DNA from: Saccostrea echinata | Lineage: Eukaryota | Direction of reading: 5' to 3' | DNA: 64,000 nt | Assembly (NCBI RefSeq): GCF_033153115.1 | Contig: NW_026889793.1 | Coordinates: forward strand, 186,001 to 250,000 | Shown here: one piece after another, positions 12,319 through 24,400 of the stretch | How positions within the stretch are numbered: the stretch's first letter is position 1 | Layout: each line of letters begins with the position of its first letter | The notes under the pieces: model-generated | Databases searched by the model: none | What the model was told of the DNA's origin: nothing | What the model saw: the letters and a program-made list of their open reading frames with translations, nothing else | Translations under genes and position numbers: made by a program

Positions 12319-14268
12319 AAGTACAAAATTTGTTTGCTCCTAGACTGTAGATTCTTTTTTTTTTGTAATGATTGGTGCAAGTATAGATATTTCTCTTAGA
12401 TATAATATTGAACACCATTCATTCAATTGCAAGCAGAAATCAGAAAGAAATAAAGTACAAAAGATTGAAAGTCGAAATTTTAAAAGATATCTTAAAAAGT
12501 GAAAAAAGATTGAGTTATACAAGTTTGTTAGAGAAATAAATAAAAGATTATAATATCTTGAAACATCCATTTGTTATTTTTTTTTCCAATTTCTATAATT
12601 AAATATTTTGAAATAAAACAATTGAAGAAAAAGACCATTGTAAAGATATTTAAATATGTATCACAAAAACCATCATTTACAATTGATTAATAAAAAAAAG
12701 TGTCTAGCGAGCACAATTCCGCCATATAAGCAAGATTACGAAAACTTGCACTGTAAGTAAATGTCACATCTTACGAACAAAATGTTATTTCTGCGTAGGT
12801 ATCTTTAAAGTAAAATGAAAATCAAACTTCAGAGATGATATAAATAACTATCTCTAAACCATTTTTTCAGAGTCGTTTTAAAGTAAATTTCTTGTTAAAT
12901 TGATCAAAATTTATTTGTAAATCATCCAACATTTCCTTTTACGTGCGACTTATTTTTTGCAAATCATGGAAATCATGAGATTTTATCAAATTATTATGGA
13001 GTGTTTTACACTTTTATGCATGAAAATATAGAATAGGTCAAAGAATCGCAAATACAATTCAACATGTGTATAATCAAATGACAATTTTCTCAATCGAACC
13101 TTTATAAACACATTCTTTAAGACACCTCTTGGTAAATTAAAATAATTTGAAATCAAATTAAGGACAGATGATATAAACAAACTTTTATCGAAAACTTGAA
13201 AATTATAACCAAATTCATATCTATGTAAGTAAACTGAATAAGTTTAACCGCATAGTTTTTAATTTATCATTCAAAGTTTCACAATTATGGGATTTAAAGT
13301 GAAAAAACAAATGTATAGGTTAATAAGGAAGGTTGCAGAAGAGTTGAATTTTGAACATCTAAGAAAGTTTGCAATTTTTAAATAATTTAAAATTTTTTTA
13401 TTTGCATCATTTACAATTTAAATAGGTTAAAAAATACCTATTCAGATATCCATTTTTTGTGTCTTCCATCCTTAAAGACATAATAGAAAATAACTTTCTT
13501 ATCTCCTACAATGAAGATTTACACTTGCTGTTTTCTTAAAAATATTTCTTCAAATGGGGAACTAATAAGAAATATGATTCTTAAAAAACTCATGAAAATA
13601 TTAAATGTTTTAAGAGACATTACAGTCATAAAACACCTAATATTTCAAAAAAGAAATTTCATATTATTTTAATTTACCTGACAGGTGAACTTATTCACAA
13701 TTTTCTGATCTGATTTCATTTTTCTGCTAAGAGAGGCAAACGTTTAAGCAGAGATATTTGAGTTTTGGACAGGATAACTTGTGTTATTATCCCTATACAA
13801 TATACAGAAGAAACCCAAGTAAATCCATCATTTTCAGTAGAAAGAGTTGGATTCCTGCTATGTAAGGAAGCTTTATTTTTTTTTTATTTATTTTATTTAA
13901 AATATAATATATTGAGTAAAGGTTTCAAAGTAAAAAGGCAAATAAAGTAGATATCTGATACCAACCTCTTAAAATGAAAAACGTAAACAATTGTTTTATG
14001 ACATTAATACGTGAAGTTGAGACTGATATATACCAGTTTAGATTTTCTTAAAAACTTTAAAAAAAACATTGTTAATAGTTCTGTATTAGGATTCATGGAT
14101 GTCAAAATTGTTTGCATCTCGCAGAACGTGCATTCTTCTACGTAATATTTCTATAGGTTTATAACAAATTCTACAAATTATAGATAAAAATAGCATATTT
14201 TTAGAGCATAAAAAGGCATCCATCACTATATCATTTACGTACATGAGAAACAAAATGTGCATTTTCAA

Positions 14269-14579
14269 TTATGCACAATATCCCTCAAACTCTTGGACAG
14301 TACAGCTATGATAACAGCACTCACACACGATGTTTGTGTCGCCATTTCTCTTCACATAAGGAAAATGGCTTGCCCTCTTTATGGCGTGAGTTGCATGCAA
14401 GTCGCCTGAGAGAAATGCGAGTGCTTTCTCTTTGTTCGATAAAAACTTTTTGATGACTGACTTCCATGGTGAACGTCTTGAGTTTAAGGATGGATGATGG
14501 GGTTTTATTTTACCAAGATGACGTAGTTTTTCTAACGGTAACAAGTTTTCGGATGTCGTAAAATTTTGTTTTATCATGT
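14269..14579 (-). CDS. Molluscan insulin-related peptide, gene A, last coding exon (C peptide and A chain)
   Basis: Acceptor TATTACAG (AG at 14581-14580), phase-1 join giving N. Encodes ...KRASHFPYVKR-NGDTNIVCECCYHSCTVQEFEGYCA*: insulin A-chain CC-x3-C-x8-C plus an extra N-terminal Cys. Confidence 0.93.
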
Positions 14580-14739
14580 CTGTAATATACAAAAAAGTAG
14601 AATTAGAAATTTGATAAAATAAAGAGAGTGGCATAATGCAAGTTTTAGGTCATTGATATCAAATATCTATTCATGAAAGAATTTGAAAGCATTATTAATA
14701 AGTCATTACTAAAAAAATGTCACGTTATTTTATACTTAC

Positions 14740-14956
14740 TCCTACGAACAATTTTGTCTTTTCTTTCCCGGGTACTTTTATTATTGCAGACGATTTCGAG
14801 AATGTCGGCTAATTTGTCTCCGCATGCGCCTTGTGGATGTACGCCTCTGCGATAGGTTTCATATGTACAGACTTTGTCATACTGGCACAGCGAAGGACTC
14901 AAGAAGTACAGAAAGGATAGAAAGATAGTGGACCACAGGTGGCCGCCTTTAGGCAT
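14740..14956 (-). CDS. Molluscan insulin-related peptide, gene A, first coding exon (signal peptide and B chain)
   Basis: MPKGGHLWSTIFLSFLYFLSPSLC signal, then QYDKVCTYETYRRGVHPQGACGDKLADILEIVC (CG-x10-C plus extra Cys) and basic sites. Donor GTAAGT at 14739, 160-bp intron. An upstream acceptor CTATAG puts the exon start at 15001. Confidence 0.93.
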
Positions 14957-15173
14957 TCTCTATGGGCGGATCCAGAAAGAGTTCGAGCTTGAGGTGAAGA
15001 CCTATAGATTGCAATCAAAACTAAACATTTAAAAAAGTACTTTCGAAAACTTTTAAATTTTTACAAGAGATGAATTTCTAGTTGTATTTTTCTTATAGAT
15101 TAAAAGAAAATGAAGAGGGAAAAACAAGCTAAGACAAGAAAATAAACAAAAATCAACAAATACAAATAAAAAG

Positions 15174-15349
15174 NNNNNNNNNNNNNNNNNNNNNNNNNNN
15201 NNNNNNNNNNNNNNNNNNNNNNNNNNNNNNNNNNNNNNNNNNNNNNNNNNNNNNNNNNNNNNNNNNNNNNNNNNNNNNNNNNNNNNNNNNNNNNNNNNNN
15301 NNNNNNNNNNNNNNNNNNNNNNNNNNNNNNNNNNNNNNNNNNNNNNNNN
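15174..15349. other. Assembly gap
   Basis: Run of N. Confidence 1.
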
Positions 15350-15410
15350 ACACTATTTCTGCATGGTTACCATAATACATCTCTGGACAGGTCACATACA
15401 TACATGTACA

Positions 15411-16409
15411 TGTATATAGAGATATTGTAAAATCACAGAAGAATTCTTTACTTAAAAATCATACTGTAAACCGTATATACATCGCTAAATTCAGTAGAAT
15501 TTTGGAGAGTTGTAAATAAAATGAACAATAAATAACGAGCGATTTCGTATTGCTCTTTATCATGTCGCTTACGTTATTTTAAAATACGATGTTCCATTTC
15601 TAAAAAACGTAAATGTATTTGAAACGCTTTTTTCCCCACAAGACAGTATAGAAAGGTACATAATAGAAAAAAATATCTCTATCTAATGTACTACCGTTTA
15701 CAAACGTCCATTACATATAAAACTGGCGTTACACACAGAAGTTGATTACGTTTTTCAAGGTATTTTTTAATGATCGAAATTCAAACTTAGCGTCTGTAGA
15801 AAAAAGTAATATTGATAATCATGAAGATGACTTGTGTTTACGAATGCTTTTAATACTTTGTTTGATTAGTTTGCAGTGTTCAGTTAATTTCACAGTAACC
15901 CTGTGTAATGAATATGCGGGGAATATACCGGGTTAGTTTATATTTGAACATTTTCAATGATGGTGCTGAACAGTTCTGTCATATCATATAAGTTTCAATA
16001 ATTATAATATATGGCAAAATAAAACAACAGTAGATCAAAATTTGCTCAACCCATGAAGTCACATGTCAAAGAGAAGGTGAATTAAAAAAGGAGGTCTCGG
16101 CATAAAATTGGCCATCCATTTTTTTTATTGTGTAAATTACATTTTACTATATTTTTTTATTAATCAATTACTGCTTTTAAAACAATTAACCAAAATATAA
16201 TTTAAAAGTTTTTTTTTTTTTTTGCTGTCACATTTGAAACAAGAATGTGCATATATACATGCTTATATAGAGAGTGCTTTTTGATATGTGATTCAATTAT
16301 CCGGACGATTCATTTATCCGGACGATTTCGTTGGGGACAGAGGCGTCCAGATAAACGAGGCGCCACTGTATATAGAGATATTGTAAAATCACAGAAGAAT
16401 TCTTTACTT
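15411..16409. repeat. 43-bp exact direct repeat (15411-15453, 16367-16409) next to a Tc1/mariner-like MITE end
   Basis: TGTATATAGAGATATTGTAAAATCACAGAAGAATTCTTTACTT occurs twice. The second copy begins at the ...GGCGCCACTG-TA terminus. Confidence 0.8.
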
Positions 16410-17271
16410 GAGGTTAATATTGATTTAATTAAATTACTATTTAATATTGAAAAAAAGAATTTAAAAAGATAATATTTCATATCAAAGTATTCAGATATAT
16501 TCATTAAATTGATATAATGCTTCTGGATGGTAGAAAAAAAGTGGTCCTAAATTATAATTAGTTGATCATCAACCTGCTGTCACAAACAAATTAGACCTCA
16601 AAAGCTTTCTGAAGCTTGGTTAGAACGACTTTCTACAATGAATTTTGCAAAGTACAGATCCTGTTATACACATGGTACAGACCTCTAAATGTTGTTTTTA
16701 CAATATATATGAGTTAAAATCTTGTATCTTGTATCTTGTATGAGCCGTCTCACGCAAAAGGGCTCTTAAGGTAGAAATTATCAAAATTTACTATTCAGTG
16801 GATTATGATAGATTACAGTGTAAAATAACCAAATTTTAAAGTTTGATTTAAATATTCATAATGATAACTTAAGCTACATGTAATAAATATTAAATTATAA
16901 ATAATACATAATATATACTTTATAGTTATGTTAAATCAGCAACAAACGTGTCCATCTTTGAGGCTAAAGTCTTATTTTGAAAAAAAAATGTTTCTGGGAT
17001 ATTATGTCCTGAAAATTTTGCTCGCTGAAAGGAACAAAAAAAAAAAAAAGAATATGAGGGAGTTTCGAATGTTAAATAAGCGAATTATTTATAAACATGT
17101 ACTAGTATGTAAGTAAACGAGTCTTTCAGTGCGCGTAAATTTGTGCATGAAAATAATTATGGCTTATACTATATAAAGTATTAAATCGAATGAAAAAATT
17201 GGAATTATATAATTTTTTATTTATATCTAACGATTCATTAAAATGAATAGCTTTTAAATTTCTAGGTAGCC

Positions 17272-17575
17272 AATGACGGTAGCCTAGTGGCAGGGCGTTC
17301 GCTTTGGGATCGGGAGGCTAGGGTTCAATTTTCGTTCGCTGCGTCAAACCAAAGAAGTAAACATAGGTTGAAAGCCACGGGTCTCTTGGATGAGACCAGA
17401 AAAACCGAGGTTCCATGTCACGGTAGGCATTGGCATGAAAAAGAAACCTCACTGCTCAATTGCCCTGAGTGTCGAGTATAGGACTAAACTTGAAGCCATT
17501 CGCCGGTATATAGTGATGTCCCAAAATACATGAAAAATTCTCGAATGGATGTAAAACAAGATACAATTAATCAAT
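17272..17575 (+). mobile_element. tRNA-derived SINE with Meta/MESC-like core
   Basis: A box TAGCCTAGTGG, B box GGTTCAATTT, core AAACCGAGGTTCCATGTCACGGTAGG...AAAGAAACCTCACTGCTCAA, and an (AATC)-like tail. Confidence 0.8.
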
Positions 17576-17867
17576 TTCTAAGTTCTTTTTTGAAATTAAA
17601 ATCTGTTCTATCTATTTAGTATTTGTCAATCTTATATTAGTTATATAAGTAAGTTAACATTTACAGAGTGTAAATGGACTCAAAATTCACAGTAATTTTG
17701 AAATATTAAATATTTATATTATTTCTTTGATTTAAAAATAAAGTTCAAATGCATATTTCAAATGATCAATGACTTAACAAAATCTTCTTACTTTCCTTTT
17801 AGTTAAATGAAATTAAAAAAGTAAACATGTATTCATTTCATTTCTCGCGTACGTTTGAAACACCTAC

Positions 17868-17950
17868 CTAAGCGTTGATCCTTCGGAGTAGAAGCTACCT
17901 ATCCCCTGGTGACTGACAAGAAAACAACAGCATTAAGTTGTCTTTATATA
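17868..17950 (-). promoter_or_regulatory. Candidate core promoter and non-coding exon 1 of insulin gene A
   Basis: Minus strand: TATATAAA (17950-17943), Inr TCAGTC (17916-17911), then a ~47-nt exon ending AG|GTAGGT at 17868/17867. This fits the three-exon insulin-family layout. Confidence 0.6.
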
Positions 17951-18669
17951 TGAAAACAACAAGTGCACAAAATATAATTAAAATACTCTTAATTGTAGCA
18001 TTGAAATCTTACAAATTTTTCACAATCTCCGGCGAAAAATCCAATCTTGAAATGGCAACACTTCATTCATATGAATCCGCAATATGAAAGTTGTATTATA
18101 CCGGAAACTATGATGTCATCAACGATCAAATTCTTTACATAATAAACACCAATGATGTCAAACAAACCGGAATTTTTCTCCCCTCTGTCAACATTTTTTT
18201 GGTTTAAGGTTTGTTTTCTTGATTAATGAGGTTCTTTTTCCTATGTCTTCTGCGTCACAATGGCGACAAAAAAGACAGACAAAATGTAGCCTGTCTTTTT
18301 CTGTAGCCTTGAGTTGAACTGTCATTGACCATGGCTTATTACGAACAAAATAACAAAAAGAACCAATCCTGGATATCTGTCTCTCTAGTTGATCTCAATA
18401 CTATTAATTGTTTGGGGTGAGGAAAGTGCCTTAAATTCAATCTTATAAAAGAAGTCCAATGTGGACGACAACTAACCAAAATAGAATTAGTTGTTTTCTT
18501 TTAGAGGTCTGGAAATATACATAGTATTAGCTGTTTGAGTAATACTACAGTTATATTTTTCAACAGTATAAGAAAATAAAACGTTAAAGGTTTACAAAAA
18601 TGTTCACAATACAATCTACGTATTTGATGGTTTTTAGATTCACATTAAACAATTCGCTAGAAATGTTTG

Positions 18670-18880
18670 GTTGTTTCCTTGCTTGTTTAACGTCTCTTTC
18701 GAGATTTTTTTACTCATATTGAGAAGCTACCACTTGCCGGTAGAGGGCTTCAAATTTAAGACCTATACTCGGCACTCAGAGCCATTGAGCAGTGAGGGAT
18801 GGATCTTTTTCGTGCCAGCTAATACTGTGGCACGGATCTCGGTTTATACGATCTAATCCTGAGGACCGGTCATCACGTGC
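18670..18880 (-). mobile_element. 5'-truncated copy of the tRNA-SINE
   Basis: Reverse complement of the core and tail (ACCTATACTCGGCACTCAGAGCCATTGAGCAGTGAGG). Confidence 0.8.
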
Positions 18881-20492
18881 CACAGTGGAAGCGCTAGAAA
18901 TGTTTTTTTTTTGTTTTGTTTTGTTTTGTTTTTGGTTTTGTTTTTTTTGTTTTTGGTTTTGTTTTTTGCTTAATTTTGTAAATAAAAAAGCATTTATTAC
19001 TTTTGGCCTGATACTTCCAATTATTTTTTTCCGAGCTGTTGAAAGTGTAATATGTTGACGTATTTTTCTGAGTAATTTTTTCTACACATATATTACCATT
19101 AAATTTCTGTTTATGTTGTGTACTTCAGAAAGATGTGGAAATGCTTGGTGAAAAGTTGCGTCATATGCGTTCAAAAAATGTCATGTAGTGCACAAAATTA
19201 CGCTTTATTACGAGACCTCTTAAAAGGAAAATTACAACATTACAGTCCATTTGAAATTTAAAGTCGCACATGACATCTAAAAGAAATTATTAACATTAAC
19301 TAAGAGTTCCATTGAACATGTTTCTTTTGGAAATAAAGATTTTTACCGATAAAATCGAATAAGACTCTCTCAATATCAAAAGTATTTACAATATCTCTAA
19401 CTTAATTTTTTTTTTTTTTTTGATTATTTTGGATTATTGACGTAGTTTTTTCTGGCTCATTCTCATTTTTTCAAAGTTTGTTGATATTTCCATGTTGTGT
19501 ATCCACATTTTGTTGTTGAACAACTAACTAAAGATGGGTTAATTCCTAGTAGACAAATTTCCATGTATAGATATAGTATTTGGATGAAGCAGCGTTTTGT
19601 AATTTTCAAACAAAATTAATGTAGGATTTATTATTGTTAAAAAAATTATGGTTCATATTATTAATACAAATTTCTGCCTTTTTTAAAAAATTAATAAATT
19701 TAACAGCTAATATCAGTAAATTGATATAGAAATTATCAGAACAGTGCAGCTAAGATTTAAAGCAATTCTACTCCAGTCTAAAGTAATAATTGTGAGTTTT
19801 CAAAATAAAAAAAAAAAACAACACAGAGGTCTTATTTCCTTTCCGTAATCAACATTTCCCACAAGGAAAAAACTCTTACTTTGAGGATAAAAAACTTAAA
19901 AGATCTAGCTTAATACATGCATGTATTCTTCTAGATGTATCTTTTATCATCGTCAGATAACCGTAACGACAGAGCTCACGACAATTTTGTAACTTTATAA
20001 ACCTCATCCGGTTAAGGAAAAATATTCCATTGACAAAGGAACCACCGGGATTGCACTTAAATCCTCCGAAGTACATTCCTCTGGTGTTAACGTGAGTGGG
20101 AAGGTATAATGGTGTCCCTCTATTCCAGTTTCCTACTCTTTCTCAAGGTTACTGATTCATTCACTCCTTTATCTTTGTATAATTATCAAAGACAAACATT
20201 ATTCGATTTTATTTCTCCATTTACAAACGAAGTCAATTGCTTAATAGCCATTCAGATCGATGTTCCAGAAAACTACATTATCTTGACAGTAACGGTTATT
20301 CTGTTACGCAATGACTCGGTCCTTTTATTTGCTGGACGTGTAAACCTACAACAATTTTAGTATTATAATTTGTCATGTTTTAAAAATACTTTTGTTAACG
20401 TTCCGAACATAGTTTTTCATGTCATAAATATGTAATCAAACCCCTTTTAGAAACCTTGTTACACAAATTAAATATGTTATTTTCTTTTAATG

Positions 20493-20667
20493 TACAGTGA
20501 AAACTGTCTAATCCGACACCTGTGTAGTCCGTTTCAATGTAAATTCTAATATTCATTTCCATTGCCATTTTTTCCACATTCTTTACACTGTGTAATCCGA
20601 GATCCTGTTTATTCCGACATAAAATTTGACTCCAAGTGTAGATCGGATTAGACAGATTTCAATGTAT
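20493..20667. mobile_element. Small Tc1/mariner-type MITE
   Basis: TA-CAGTGAAAACTGTCTAATCCGA ... TCGGATTAGACAGATTTCAATG-TA imperfect TIRs. Confidence 0.75.
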
Positions 20668-21159
20668 AAACTTTCTGATTTATAAACTCTCAGAATACAT
20701 TTTGGGGAATAATAGAACTTAAATAAACGTTGACTTAATTGTTGTAGTGGGAGAGTTTGGTTTACTTTGAAACGCAAAACAAAAATGTCCAATCTCTTGT
20801 TATCTAGTATGTAAATTCATCTCACTTGCCTCTCTCTTTCTAGACTTTATTCAGGATTTTCTTTGATTGCCATACACAAACACAATGGAATTCCGAACAA
20901 CCAATACATCTCTGATTGTAAAGGTTCCCTGTGGACCTTATACACAATATAATTATGCACATGAAGTATAGTAGACTTTTTTCCCATGTAACTTTTCATA
21001 GAGATAAATCCTGTACTCCTTTCTGGGTAATGTATACTTGGTTTCTTGCTCGCGTTTGTTAATTCTTTTTGTGAAAAGTTTCCGAAGAAAATTACGTAGC
21101 TAAAAAATGAAACTCACTGCCTGTCTTTATTTATTGATCATCAGAGTTTGGATTTATTG

Positions 21160-21495
21160 GTTGAATAATTGTTGTTTAACGTCCCAGTTCCAGAAATTTT
21201 CACTCATATAGAGACCTCACTATATACCGGTAAAGGGCTTCAAGTTTAGACCTTTACATGTACTCGGCACTCAGGGACATTGGGCAGTGATGGATCTTTA
21301 ACGTGGCAGCGCCTGTCGTGACACAGGGCCTCGGTTTATAAGATCTCATCCGAAGGACCCACAACTTTCATTTCAAAGTGCCGAGCGCTTGGCGAAGGAA
21401 CAGTTGTTACTGTTTTTTAACGATTTAGGTCAGTCGCATCCGGGGTTCGAACCCATGACCTTCCAAACACGGAGCGAACGCTCTACCGACTGAGA
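21160..21495 (-). mobile_element. Near full-length tRNA-derived SINE
   Basis: Minus strand TCAGTCGGTAGAGCGTTCGC...GGTTCGAACCCC (A and B boxes), followed by the same core and tail as 17272. Confidence 0.85.
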
Positions 21496-24400
21496 TCAGA
21501 TAATGGAAATAACTATTCGAAGACTTGTTCTTCATCGACAGCGCTCATCATAAGTATCAAAATTTACATTCTAATGAAATGGAGCAATATTCTGTGCTTC
21601 AAATTTTGAGAAGTGCATGTATAATGCTAAAATACTCAATTTTATTTTGTGAGGACTTAAATATTAAATGCAAGTGCTAAGAAAACCCATTGTGTGATTT
21701 TGCACAAGGAAACTATTTATTTTTTTCACAAAAAGAGCTATATCGATAGGTGTATTGAGTTTGGCCCCTAGAGGTCAAATCATATTCAGTTCTTTTGTAA
21801 AAATCTAAAATGAAATTTGAAGATGACGAACAGTAATCAAGCTCAAAAGTTCATTGAAGTAAAAGTAAATAATGTAGATCACAGAATTTTGGCGACACTT
21901 TATTTTTGCGAGAAAAATATTCAGTACTTATAAGCCGGACAAATTCATAACGAGTTTGAATATTGTTGACCAAGTAAATAATCTTCAAAAATAAAAGGAA
22001 ATTCTCGGGAGCAGACAGGCTGTCGTAGACATGTAAAGAAAACTTCTCAAGAACACAGTGATTTAAAATGCACATAAAATGTAAATGTGCATAAATAAAG
22101 AATTGGTTTAGATAGCAGTAGCTTGTTGACTTGTTAATTGAAAATCAAGGACACATATCCTTTTTTTAAAGAATGTGATCCCTAGATATCCAGCTGATTA
22201 CAAAAATATCCCAACCACCTGAGACCAGAAATCTGACCGCGTTACCTTCTTTCACATTGTATCATATTCCTACTCGCTATAGTAGTATATATAGAAGTTC
22301 TGATTTATACTGTTAATGAGAAAATTTACGCCTACTGTGGTACGATCTTTTTTCACCTGCAAATTAAGCACAGTGGTCAGCTATCGCGTTTCCTTGGTTA
22401 ATTACGCTTGGTCAGCACTGACCAATAAATGACCTTTGAGTAAAATCGATTGAACTTAAACTTAAGTGCATTTTTTTTATCCCCAGATTTTCTTTCCATA
22501 AAAACATATTATGGAGAAATTGTGAAAACAATATCAGGTTTGCTTTGAAAGTCTGTTCTTGGAAGCTGTGCAATGTACTCTTCTAAAAAACTAAATTTAA
22601 TCATCAAAATCAGATTGATTCGGTTATTCTGATCGTAAGCAGTTCAATCAAGTACACAAAAGTGCACCAAAGTCCTAATACAGTATTTTTGATGGGGTGA
22701 TAGGAAGTTCAACAAATTTTATTTTAGAACCAAGGGAAATTCTTTGATCGTAAAGTCTGCATAGAAATTCATGAAACATCTTTAAATTATGGCTTTCTTT
22801 ACTGCAAACATGTTAAATATGATTTCCCCCTAGTTCTAAAACTATCATAAATACTTTTCACTTAATAAAATAAATAAAAGTTATCCATATAAACCAATCA
22901 TTTACTATAATATTGAAATTAATAATTTGCCAAATAATTTAAGATAGGTATGTGTTTTGAACAGTGTGGAACTATTTTACTACTCTCTCATGATAGATAT
23001 TAGAATCATAAGTCACCTAGAAATAAAGTTCTGGGTTAATGCTAATAATCACATTTCATAGCTATCATATTCATATTGTTTCGAACAAGACAAGGAAGAG
23101 CTATGTCTTACTTCTATCGGTATCGATACGAAACGTCACCGAGCTAATTTAGTACAGATGAGTGACAGAAAAAATAGAAACATAGGATGAAGCCATCAGT
23201 GTATCAGATTTATCAGAATATATTTACTACATTGACGACTGATCGAGATTCCTTTGACAGATGTAGAACGCAAAAACCAATGGTTTTAATGGAACGATAA
23301 GTAAACGAAAAAACAATACCTTCAAGTGAGAGAAAAGGACACAACTTTTTAATTAATAAAAAAAAAATCAAAAGAAGAGGGATTTAAAAATAAAATGTAT
23401 ATTTTTGTTGTTTATGAAGCAATAGAGTTTTTAACATAGCAAACAGTGTATGGGACCCCTTTAGATTTTCCAGATATGTATGCATCGAATGAAAATCAGA
23501 TACATGTATATTAAGAAATAAGATATAATTTTAAAACTTTTTTTGATCACATGACCAACACGTATTTACATCCTGATAAAAGTTTAAAAACTATACCTTA
23601 TTTCTTATATTTACATTTGAAACTGATTTATAATGTATATTGTGTACTGATGTATTAAACCCATAAAATGATAAAATTTTGCAAACCTCAATGGTATAAA
23701 TTGAATGTATTGAACTCGTCTATGACTTATGACGGCACTGTGAAATTTGTGACTGAATAATGAATTTTATGTAATCCTAGTGATCTGGCTAGGCTACCAC
23801 ATAAGTTGTAGTTAAATTTAAGGACACGTGACGAACCTGTTTTTACACAGAATTAAATGCGCCTTGCTTAGATAGTGTTATTTGCAAATGTAAATATTCG
23901 TTTATAATGATGATATAGGTACGTGGTATTTGAGTAGCACACAGGTTTTCCGTCAATTGGCTCCAGGTTCAAACCTTGTCTTATAAAAGGATCTACCCTC
24001 AAACATACCGATACACTGGATTCTTCCTATAAAAAGGATCCAAAAATGTTTAGCATGTGCATATCATTACAGATCAAAGCTGGATCAAATCGCCATGCAA
24101 TAAGATCTGAAGATAAATGTGAGACATCGGGTACTGAGAAGACTTAAATATGATTTGATATTTTCTCAGCACATTGAACCTTGATATAAGGTGTTCATTG
24201 GTGATAGGAATCATGTCGACTTGGATAAAACAAATTCTTCAATCAATGCCAATAGCTCATTTTACTCATAATACAGATGCTTAAGAAAAATTTTTTGCTG
24301 TGAATTTAATACAGAATATTGCAGATAAGTAACAATCACAGGTGCTAATATATATCAATCTTTGATGTGAATGTCTTTTAATTGTGATGAAGAAGGTATT

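Noticed and set aside
14580-14634. ATG 14634 as start of the 121-aa ORF
   Set aside because: Lies in the intron; a phase-compatible acceptor at 14580 joins this exon to the B-chain exon.
21440-21495. tRNA-like sequence (also 17272-17340)
   Set aside because: No complete cloverleaf, and it continues into the SINE core, so these are SINE heads.
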